Shown here: positions 1-6,662 of the stretch, in pieces
How positions within the stretch are numbered: position 1 is the stretch's first letter
How the letters are laid out: every line of letters begins with the position of its first letter
Assembly (NCBI GenBank): GCA_043778225.1
Contig: JAYWGM010000107.1
Location: forward strand, 1 to 11,549
Length of the DNA stretch: 11,549 nucleotides
Source: Deinococcales bacterium
GTDB taxonomy: Bacteria > Deinococcota > Deinococci > Deinococcales > JAAFIG01
Direction: 5' to 3'
The notes under the pieces: generated by a model
Told to the model about the DNA's origin: nothing
Databases searched by the model: none
What the model saw: the letters and a program-made list of their open reading frames with translations, nothing else
Translations under genes and position numbers: made by a program

Positions 1-58
1 CGGCAGCGCCCGAGAAAAACAGCAGGCTCGAGACTAGAAACAGCATAAGTTTTTTCAT
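1..58 (-). CDS. 5' end of an exported protein, running off the window edge (MKKLMLFLVSSLLFFSGAA...)
   Basis: ATG at 58-56 is preceded by GGGAG, just after the stop of 67..495. Manual translation gives a signal-peptide-like N-terminus resembling its neighbours. Confidence 0.75.
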   Translation of the reverse strand, partial: MKKLMLFLVSSLLFFSGAA

Positions 59-66
59 GGTTCTCC

Positions 67-495
67 CTAAAAGAATTTCTGAATGGCTTTACTGAGTTCA
101 AAGCCACGTTTATCAAGGTTGACACAGCGTAAACGGGCAGTCGTCACATCGCAAGTAAAACCGCCAGCTTTCCACGTTTTGCCATAAGCAAGGGTTTTAT
201 AATTAGGATTTTTGATCGTGTCACCATAACAACCGCGTTCGGCTCTGCCACGCTCACTCAAACCAAATCGGTAGCCATAATCAAGCTCGCAGTCTTTGGG
301 TGTGGCTGGGATTTTTGCCGTGATTTCACTCATTTCGCATTGCAACTCGGCGGTGTTATTGCGGGTATCGCGGAAAGCAATACAGTAAATGTTGTTGCTT
401 GGAGTTTTGAAGCTGCCAATGTCCTCAAAACCTTGGGCATACACCAAAGTCAGCAGTAAAAGGCTCGAACACACAACGAGAATCAATTTTTTCAT
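67..495 (-). CDS. Secreted Cys-rich protein, DUF6636-like
   Basis: Signal peptide ending VYA|Q and AAGGAG SD at 505-500. Pattern F.TPS.NI.C...C...C...CYGDT...L.YG..W..GGFTC...LRC.N...GF.LS with 6 Cys in the mature part. Family assigned from recalled pattern. Confidence 0.75.
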   Translation of the reverse strand: MKKLILVVCSSLLLLTLVYAQGFEDIGSFKTPSNNIYCIAFRDTRNNTAELQCEMSEITAKIPATPKDCELDYGYRFGLSERGRAERGCYGDTIKNPNYKTLAYGKTWKAGGFTCDVTTARLRCVNLDKRGFELSKAIQKFF

Positions 496-511
496 AAATC
501 TCCTTTAATCC

Positions 512-520
512 AGTCTAGCA
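512..520 (-). promoter_or_regulatory. Extended -10 element (TGcTAGACT) for 67..495
   Basis: TGn-TANNNT match lying just upstream of the SD. Confidence 0.45.
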
Positions 521-529
521 GGAAAGCTC

Positions 530-570
530 AATCCTCGAGACCATTTTGGGAGGAAACCGTCTCGAGGATT
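530..570. repeat. 12-bp perfect inverted repeat AATCCTCGAGAC / GTCTCGAGGATT with 17-nt spacer
   Basis: Arms 530-541 and 559-570 are exact reverse complements, each containing CTCGAG. Confidence 0.9.
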
Positions 571-598
571 AAAGATGCTTTTTTGGCATCTGCCAAAG

Positions 599-630
599 AT
601 TTTATTTGATTGCCGTGACAACAGCGTGAC
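599..630 (-). promoter_or_regulatory. Direct-repeat promoter A: GTCACGCTGTT-GTCACG-N9-TAAAAT
   Basis: 11-bp-period repeat, 9-nt gap, then a -10 hexamer. Identical geometry at 1191-1222 and 11147-11178. Confidence 0.7.
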
Positions 631-654
631 TCGAGTTTATAACTCGAGTCACGC
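624..654. repeat. 14-bp perfect inverted repeat GCGTGACTCGAGTT-tat-AACTCGAGTCACGC
   Basis: Arms 624-637 and 641-654 with a 3-nt loop. Confidence 0.9.
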
Positions 655-671
655 GATTTCTACTTCACTTC

Positions 672-702
672 AAAAAATTGAAACCTTGAGTAAAGGTGTT
701 TC
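672..702 (-). terminator. Possible weak intrinsic terminator after the Ig-like lipoprotein gene
   Basis: Minus strand reads GAAACACCTT-TACTC-AAGGTTTC then AATTTTTT. The stem is bulged and AT-rich. Confidence 0.3.
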
Positions 703-755
703 TATCTTGGGGGTAGGGTAACTGCTTGTGGCGCAATAGCACCCCTAAAGCTGGT

Positions 756-1109
756 TTACTGGGCTGCATTCGGGTTTGTGACTGTCAGCACCACGGCATT
801 GGAGATGGTTATCCCGACCGCACGAAACTGAGCCGTAATGCTACTCGAGCCAGCCGCCACACCCGTCACCACACCTGCGCTCGAGACTGTGGCTTTGGCA
901 GTGTCACTCGAGACAAAGGTGAAGGTCGGTTGGGTGCTTAAATTTGTGCCACTCGAGTCTTTAGCAACAGCACTGCAAGTTGTTGTGGCTGCCACGGCAA
1001 TGCTGTTTAGGGTACAAGTTAAAGCAATGCTCGAGATGGTCTGGGTTGGTGCTGGTGGGCAAGCAGTTAAAACGCCTGCTAATGCGAGAACTCCAATAAT
1101 TTTTTTCAT
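756..1109 (-). CDS. Lipoprotein with a single bacterial Ig-like (Big_2-type) domain
   Basis: Lipobox LTA|C and AAGGAG SD. Motif FVSSDTAKATVSSAGVVTGVAAGSSSITA is typical of Big_2 repeats. Confidence 0.85.
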   Translation of the reverse strand: MKKIIGVLALAGVLTACPPAPTQTISSIALTCTLNSIAVAATTTCSAVAKDSSGTNLSTQPTFTFVSSDTAKATVSSAGVVTGVAAGSSSITAQFRAVGITISNAVVLTVTNPNAAQ

Positions 1110-1190
1110 ATTGCTCCTTTGCTCGAGACTCCCCTCAAGACTTTGCTTTGGTCATCCCCGAGCCATTTGGGAGTTAATAACTCTACGCTT

Positions 1191-1222
1191 AGTTTAGGCT
1201 GTCAGCGTGACAAAAGCATGAC
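1191..1222 (-). promoter_or_regulatory. Direct-repeat promoter B: GTCATGCTTTT-GTCACG-N9-TAAACT
   Basis: Same geometry as A and C. Overlaps the last codons and stop of the adenine deaminase gene. Confidence 0.65.
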
Positions 1223-2960
1223 TTGAGACATCAACAAACTCTTGAGTCAACGTATTGACCAGTCCTTTATCGGTTAAGCGGTAAAAAGGCGCAACGGGTA
1301 GGGCTAAACTCGAGATAGACAGCATCGGCGATGCCCCACCAAGTCCGTGTTCTCGAGCCACTTGGTTAAAAGCCTTGACTTCGGCAGCAACTTCAAACAA
1401 ATGTTTATCAGACATCAGCCCGGCAATCGTCAGTGGCAGACTGGCTAAAACTTGACCATTTAAGACCAGAACTGCTCCGCCGTGCATAGCTTCTACGGCT
1501 TGTACTGCAATCAGCATATCCTCGGGGTTGCTGCCCACCACCATTAGGTTATGGCTGTCGTGGCTGATGGTCGTGGCAAGTGCGCCATGCCGTAAGCCCA
1601 AGCCACGCAGCAAACATAAACTGGGCGCGTGAGTCTGCCCGTGGCGTGGCACAACACTTAAAAGCAGTAAATCAGCAGGCAATGGAAACTCGAGTAAGCC
1701 AGCTTCAAAGCGCAGTTCTTGGTGAGCAAGCGTAGTGGTACGAATCGGGTCAATCTCGAGGATATGAACTTGGGCGAGTCCAGTCAAGCCAGTTTGTTTA
1801 GGAATAAAATCCGATGTGGTGATTTTGCCAATTTGTACCGTGTTTTGTTTTGGGGCTGGAACAACGGGCGGTAACTTGGCAGTGATCACTCCATCTCGAG
1901 CCACGATTTTTCCGTCGGCAATCACAATTTTGGGGCGAAGGTCGGTTAGATTCTCGAGCAGTACCATATCGGCAAGTTTGCCCGAAGCAATTGCGCCAAG
2001 GTCGGTCAGCCCAAAACGGGTGGCAGCGTTTAAGGTTGCAATTCGCACTGCTTTGGCTGAATCAATGCCATGCTCGAGTAAGACCCGTAAGCCCCTGTTG
2101 AGGTGTCCATGACGAAGCAAATCATCGGGGTCGGTGTCGTCGGTACACAGCGCGGCATTCCAGGCATGGGGCAGAATTTTCAGGGCTTGGGCAAGAAAAC
2201 CAACCGTATGGCGAAAAGTATTTTCTCGAGCATAGACCCACATTCCAGCCCGTAGTTTCTCGAGCATTTCGCTGGCACTGCGACATTCATGGTCGGAATA
2301 AACCCCAGCCGCCATATAGGCTGCCAAGTCGCGCCCAGACAAAAGCGGTGCATGACCCTCAAGGGCTTTACCCGAATCTAAGCCAGCTTCAACAATTGCC
2401 GAGGTGCGTGGACGCTGCCCAATCACACCGGGGTAATCCATCAGTTCTGCTACACCAAGCACCCGTGGCTGTTTGAGCATCTGGGCAATTTCTGGGGCTT
2501 CAAAGGTTGCTCCAGCACTCTCGAGTTCGGGTACAGCCGGCACACTCGAGGGGACAGTCAAAAAAACCCGCAAAGGCAGATTGGCACTGGCGGCAAGCAT
2601 ATAATCAAAGCCCTCGAGTCCAAGCACATTGCAGATTTCGTGGGGGTCAATTACCACACTGGTTGTACCAAAAGGCAGTACACCTCGAGCAAACTCGGCT
2701 GGTGTGACCAGACTCGATTCGATATGGACATGGGTGTCTATCAGTCCGGGGATGGCGGTCAGTCCATCTGCCTCGATAACTGTAGCAGCGCTTAGATTAA
2801 AGGCTGAATCATAATCTACAACCGCAATTCGATTGCCCAAAATACCAATATCTGCTTCTCGTATCTCGAGCGTAAAAACATTGACCACTTTTGCGCCACG
2901 AATCAGCAAATCCAGTGGCGCGTCCCCTCGAGCCGCCGCAATTAGGGCAGCCCGGCTCAT
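1194..2960 (-). CDS. ade: Adenine deaminase
   Basis: Motifs PGLIDTHVHIESS, DPHEI, AELMD, EGHAP, SDHE, CTDD and SHDSHN. 588 aa. ATGA overlap with the upstream gene. Confidence 0.93.
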   Translation of the reverse strand: MSRAALIAAARGDAPLDLLIRGAKVVNVFTLEIREADIGILGNRIAVVDYDSAFNLSAATVIEADGLTAIPGLIDTHVHIESSLVTPAEFARGVLPFGTTSVVIDPHEICNVLGLEGFDYMLAASANLPLRVFLTVPSSVPAVPELESAGATFEAPEIAQMLKQPRVLGVAELMDYPGVIGQRPRTSAIVEAGLDSGKALEGHAPLLSGRDLAAYMAAGVYSDHECRSASEMLEKLRAGMWVYARENTFRHTVGFLAQALKILPHAWNAALCTDDTDPDDLLRHGHLNRGLRVLLEHGIDSAKAVRIATLNAATRFGLTDLGAIASGKLADMVLLENLTDLRPKIVIADGKIVARDGVITAKLPPVVPAPKQNTVQIGKITTSDFIPKQTGLTGLAQVHILEIDPIRTTTLAHQELRFEAGLLEFPLPADLLLLSVVPRHGQTHAPSLCLLRGLGLRHGALATTISHDSHNLMVVGSNPEDMLIAVQAVEAMHGGAVLVLNGQVLASLPLTIAGLMSDKHLFEVAAEVKAFNQVAREHGLGGASPMLSISSLALPVAPFYRLTDKGLVNTLTQEFVDVSSHAFVTLTA

Positions 2961-3871
2961 GCGGTCAGTGCCTCAAGGATAAGTGCAATCACGGCTTGAC
3001 CATCGGCTTGGGTGGCAATCATGGCGTTAGGGCTGGCTTTGGCTGGCACACGAAATTCGCAGATACTCGCGCCAAGGCTGTGTGTGCCACTGGTTTCGAT
3101 TTGCACAAAAGCTGGCTCGAGCTTAAATAATTTTGGCTGCAACAAATAGGCAATCGTTACAGGGTCGTGCAAAGGCATGATGCGGTTTTGACGAATCGCT
3201 AAATAATGCGCCATCATGTCGGCGAGGGCGGCGGCATGGGTGGCTTGGCTGGTTCGGATTTGCGCCACGTGTTGGTCGGTCAGCAGCACTTGGCGCGTTA
3301 AGTTTAAGCCAAACATGGTTATTTTTGCACCACTGCCAAAAACAATGGCGGCGGCTTCGGGGTCGGCATAAAAATTAAATTCTGCCGCCGCAGTGTGGTT
3401 GCCGCTTGTACTCGAGCCACCCATTATCACAATTTCTTTCAGCAAACCAGCTAACCTTGGCTCAAGCCGCAGAGCAAGCGCAATGTTGGTCAGTGGGGCA
3501 ATGGCCACCAGTGTGATTTGATGAGGGTTGGCTAAAACCGTTTCAATCAGTTTGAGTACCGCATGACCGCTATCAGCTTGGCGCGTGGGCGGTGGCAGAC
3601 TCGAGCCGATTGTGCCAAATGCCCCAACCCCCAGCACATTTTCGGCAGTGCCAAGCGAGCGCAATAAGGCACGGTCGCAACCCGCATAGACTGGCGCGGT
3701 TATTCCGTAAGCATCCGCCACTGTCAAGGCATTGTGCAGGGTTCGCTCGAGTGGTGCATTGCCAGCCACCACGCCAATCCCCTCGAGTTGCAGGGTTTTG
3801 TGGCGTGCCGCCAACACAAGCGTGACCAGATCGTCAAAACCGGGGTCGGTATCAATCCAGATTTTAGGCAT
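2957..3871 (-). CDS. Nucleoside hydrolase (IU-NH/Rih family), start revised to ATG 3871
   Basis: Motifs IDTDPGFDD, VAGN, APLTNIA, IMGG, AEFNFYADPEAA and HDP. GAGG SD before ATG 3871, overlapping the ATPase stop. Confidence 0.92.
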   Translation of the reverse strand: MPKIWIDTDPGFDDLVTLVLAARHKTLQLEGIGVVAGNAPLERTLHNALTVADAYGITAPVYAGCDRALLRSLGTAENVLGVGAFGTIGSSLPPPTRQADSGHAVLKLIETVLANPHQITLVAIAPLTNIALALRLEPRLAGLLKEIVIMGGSSTSGNHTAAAEFNFYADPEAAAIVFGSGAKITMFGLNLTRQVLLTDQHVAQIRTSQATHAAALADMMAHYLAIRQNRIMPLHDPVTIAYLLQPKLFKLEPAFVQIETSGTHSLGASICEFRVPAKASPNAMIATQADGQAVIALILEALTA

Positions 3872-4925
3872 TTTTTTCCTCGAGCCAGACGGCTTTCTCG
3901 AGTGGTAAGCCAAAAGTGAGGTTTTGATTTTCTTGCCAAATGGCTTGGGCTGACTCAACCGAAGCCCGAATTAAACCCAGTTCGGTCTCGAGTTGATACT
4001 CGACCCGTTGCCCTTCAAAACTGCGGGTGATAACTCTGCCAGCCCATGTGTTGCCACCCAGCAGCACGCTTTCCGAGCGCCATGCGGCTCGATTAACTCC
4101 CGCTAAGACTTTCTGAGGTAGAACTTGCTCGAGTTTGCCGATTTTAAGACGGTTCTCGAGGATTTGGACAGGCAAGATATTGTCAAAGCCAACAAACCGA
4201 GCCGCAAAAACCGTGGCTGGAGCATTATAAATCACTTCTGGGGTAGCAAGTTGCTCGATTTTTCCGCCATTCATAATCGCCACGCGGTCAGCCAGCGCCA
4301 GTGCTTCGGCTTGGTCGTGGGTCACATAAAGCATTGTTACCCCAAGTTGCTTTTGCAGGCGGCGAATTTCGACCCGCATCTCGAGCCGTAACCGAGCATC
4401 AAGGTTCGAGAGTGGTTCATCGAGCAGCATTAATTGTGGGCGAATCACAAAGGCTCGAGCCAGTGCCACACGCTGCTGCTGTCCACCCGACAACTGAGCG
4501 GGTAAGCGCTGATGGAAATTGCCAAGGTCTACGGTTTTAAGCGCTTCGGTCACGCGGCGTTGCAGTTCTTGGCTTTCGATACGGCGAATCCGCAATCCAA
4601 AAGCCACGTTCTCGAAGACACTCAGGTGTGGAAAAAGCGCATAGCTCTGGAAAACCATTCCAATATCGCGCCGATTGGCTGGAAGTTTGGTGATGTCGGT
4701 CTGACCCAGTTGAATACTGCCAGCCTGCGGCTCGAGCAAACCCGCCACCGCTCGCATGGTCGTGGTTTTCCCGCAGCCACTTGATCCAAGCAGCGCCAGC
4801 AATTCACCGCTCTCAACACTTAAATTGAGTTTCTGGACTGCTATTTGGTCTCGAGCATAGGACAAAGTAAGATTGCTCAGTTGTAAAGCGGTTGGGTTCA
4901 CACGTACCTCGGTTGCAGGGTTCAC
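3864..4925 (-). CDS. ABC transporter ATP-binding subunit, PotA-like
   Basis: Walker A GSSGCGKTT, Q-loop VFQSYALFPH, signature LSGGQQQR, Walker B LLDEP, switch VTHDQ. Alternative in-frame GTG at 4901. Confidence 0.95.
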   Translation of the reverse strand: MNPATEVRVNPTALQLSNLTLSYARDQIAVQKLNLSVESGELLALLGSSGCGKTTTMRAVAGLLEPQAGSIQLGQTDITKLPANRRDIGMVFQSYALFPHLSVFENVAFGLRIRRIESQELQRRVTEALKTVDLGNFHQRLPAQLSGGQQQRVALARAFVIRPQLMLLDEPLSNLDARLRLEMRVEIRRLQKQLGVTMLYVTHDQAEALALADRVAIMNGGKIEQLATPEVIYNAPATVFAARFVGFDNILPVQILENRLKIGKLEQVLPQKVLAGVNRAAWRSESVLLGGNTWAGRVITRSFEGQRVEYQLETELGLIRASVESAQAIWQENQNLTFGLPLEKAVWLEEKNA

Positions 4926-4935
4926 ACGTACCTCG
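4894..4935. repeat. 18-bp direct repeat GGGTTCACACGTACCTCG x2, period 24
   Basis: Exact copies at 4894-4911 and 4918-4935. Confidence 0.9.
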
Positions 4936-5701
4936 AGAGTCCAAGCAGGCGCTCGGTCAGCAGCACAAAAAAGATCGAAAAAAGAATCACCAACATCGAA
5001 AGCGCTGCAATACTTGGGTCATAACTCGATTCCATATGCAGCAACATCCGAATTGGCAAGGTCGTGATGCCTGGTCCGGTCAAAAACAACGAAACTGGCA
5101 CATGATTAAACGAATTGATAAACGCCAGCACGGTGGCTGCTGCCACGCCGCCACGCACATTGGGCAAGACCACGCGCCAAAAAATCTGCATTCGGGTTGC
5201 GCCAAGGCTAAAAGCCGCATCTTCGATGTCTCGAGGCAGATTAGCAAGGCTCGCACCAACCACCCGCACCGCGTAGGGCAGCACCAAGGCGCTGTGTCCA
5301 AGCAGCAGTGCCAGATTGACCGAGCCATCGCGGATAAGCACAAATTGGCGCAAGAGCGCCACCCCAATCACCAAGCCGGGGATAATCAAGGGGCTGGTCA
5401 GGGCGGTGCGAATCCATTCGGTTTCTGGCAGACGGTAGCGCTGCAAGGCATAGGCGGCTGGCACACCAAGCAGCAGTGCAATGATGGTTGCGCCAATGCC
5501 CAGCCATAAACTGGTGACCAGACTCGAGGCAAAAACTTCGGTTTGTAAAACACTGGTTATCCAACGGAATGAATAGGCTTGAGGTGGAAAAATTAGGCTG
5601 TTGTCGTCCGAAAAAGCCGTCATAAAGACAATCGTAAACGGGGCAATCAAGAAAAATAAAACGACAAATAAAATCGTATTGTTGAATCGGGAAGGTCTCA
5701 T
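4922..5701 (-). CDS. ABC transporter permease, PotC-like
   Basis: Multiple hydrophobic segments and EAA loop IEDAAFSLGA...FWRVVLP. ATGA and GTGA overlaps with neighbours. Confidence 0.93.
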   Translation of the reverse strand: MRPSRFNNTILFVVLFFLIAPFTIVFMTAFSDDNSLIFPPQAYSFRWITSVLQTEVFASSLVTSLWLGIGATIIALLLGVPAAYALQRYRLPETEWIRTALTSPLIIPGLVIGVALLRQFVLIRDGSVNLALLLGHSALVLPYAVRVVGASLANLPRDIEDAAFSLGATRMQIFWRVVLPNVRGGVAAATVLAFINSFNHVPVSLFLTGPGITTLPIRMLLHMESSYDPSIAALSMLVILFSIFFVLLTERLLGLSRYV

Positions 5702-6525
5702 GTTGTCCTCGAGCTTCGGCTGCGTAAAATCGCATTGACCAGCAGTGTGGTTAATAGCATCACCACCGAAATTACCGTCGTGGCAGCTTCATCCACTGTC
5801 ACACTGGCTTTTTGATAGAGCAGCGTTGCCAGCATTGTGACACGAGGACCACCCAAAAGGGCTGGTGTGACATAAGCCGTGATACAGCCCGTAAAAACCA
5901 GTGTGCCACCAATTGCTAAGCCATCTCGAGTCAGCGGCAGAATAACCCGCCAAAAAGTCTGCCATTCGTTCGCGCCAAGGCTTTTGGCGGCGGCTTGTAC
6001 ATCCTTGGGTAAGTTCTCGAGCGCACTGGTTAAAGAAAGCAGCATTAACGGCAGCATCAATTGCAATAAGCCAATAAAAACCGCACTTTCGGTGTATAAA
6101 ATCGGGATAGACTCGCTTAGAACCCCACTGCCAACCAAGGTTTTATTCAGTAAGCCTTCGCGCCCAAGCACCACCAGCCAAGCAAACGAACGTGCCACTG
6201 GCGAAATCATTAGCGGCAGAATAATCAAACCAGTCAGTAAACCACGGTACTGACCACCAAGCCGCATAATGGCTAAAGCAGCCGGATAACTGACCGCCGC
6301 ACTCAGTAGCGTCACCAATAAGGCGATTCTGACCGTGCGCCAATAGACCTCGAGATTGATTTCATCGCTCAAAAAAGTGCTGTAGTTACCTAGACCAACG
6401 CCCTGCCCAACCTTAAAACTCTCGAGCAGAAATGTGCCAACCGGATACAAAAAACAAATCACCAAGAAAGTCACGGCGGGCAGCAGCAACCACCAAGCTC
6501 GAGACCGATTTGCACTGATGTTCAT
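5698..6525 (-). CDS. ABC transporter permease, PotB-like, start revised to ATG 6525
   Basis: EAA-like loop QAAAKSLGA...FWRVILP and YVTPALLGG. GAGGT SD 6 nt before ATG 6525. The longer ORF start lies within repeat and hairpin DNA. Confidence 0.9.
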   Translation of the reverse strand: MNISANRSRAWWLLLPAVTFLVICFLYPVGTFLLESFKVGQGVGLGNYSTFLSDEINLEVYWRTVRIALLVTLLSAAVSYPAALAIMRLGGQYRGLLTGLIILPLMISPVARSFAWLVVLGREGLLNKTLVGSGVLSESIPILYTESAVFIGLLQLMLPLMLLSLTSALENLPKDVQAAAKSLGANEWQTFWRVILPLTRDGLAIGGTLVFTGCITAYVTPALLGGPRVTMLATLLYQKASVTVDEAATTVISVVMLLTTLLVNAILRSRSSRTT

Positions 6526-6546
6526 GGGCGACCTCGCAAATAACGA

Positions 6547-6573
6547 TGGGGCGATTGAAAGCCAATCGCCCCA
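6547..6573. other. Intercistronic stem-loop TGGGGCGATTG-aaagc-CAATCGCCCCA
   Basis: Perfect 11-bp stem between the SBP and first permease genes, with no adjacent U-tract. Confidence 0.8.
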
Positions 6574-6591
6574 GTTGAGCGCATCAAAACT

Positions 6592-6662
6592 AACGGGCAA
6601 TTTCTTGATGCCGAATATCAACGGGCAATTTCTTGATGCCGAATATCAACGGGCGATTTCTT
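6592..6662. repeat. 28-bp tandem repeat AACGGGCAATTTCTTGATGCCGAATATC, about 2.5 copies
   Basis: Exact copies at 6592-6619 and 6620-6647. A partial third copy at 6648-6662 has one mismatch and lies inside the SBP 3' end. Confidence 0.92.

Noticed and set aside
713..747. GTAG-initiated imperfect palindrome resembling a REP
   Set aside because: Single copy, poor pairing, and no associated transposase in the window.
1194..2960. Deaminase as an N6-methyladenine recycler tied to CTCGAG methylation
   Set aside because: Canonical adenine deaminase motifs are all present, and nothing in the sequence supports the link.
6592..6662. 28-bp repeats as a mini CRISPR array
   Set aside because: Copies are head-to-tail with no spacers, derive from the SBP 3' end, and no cas genes are present.
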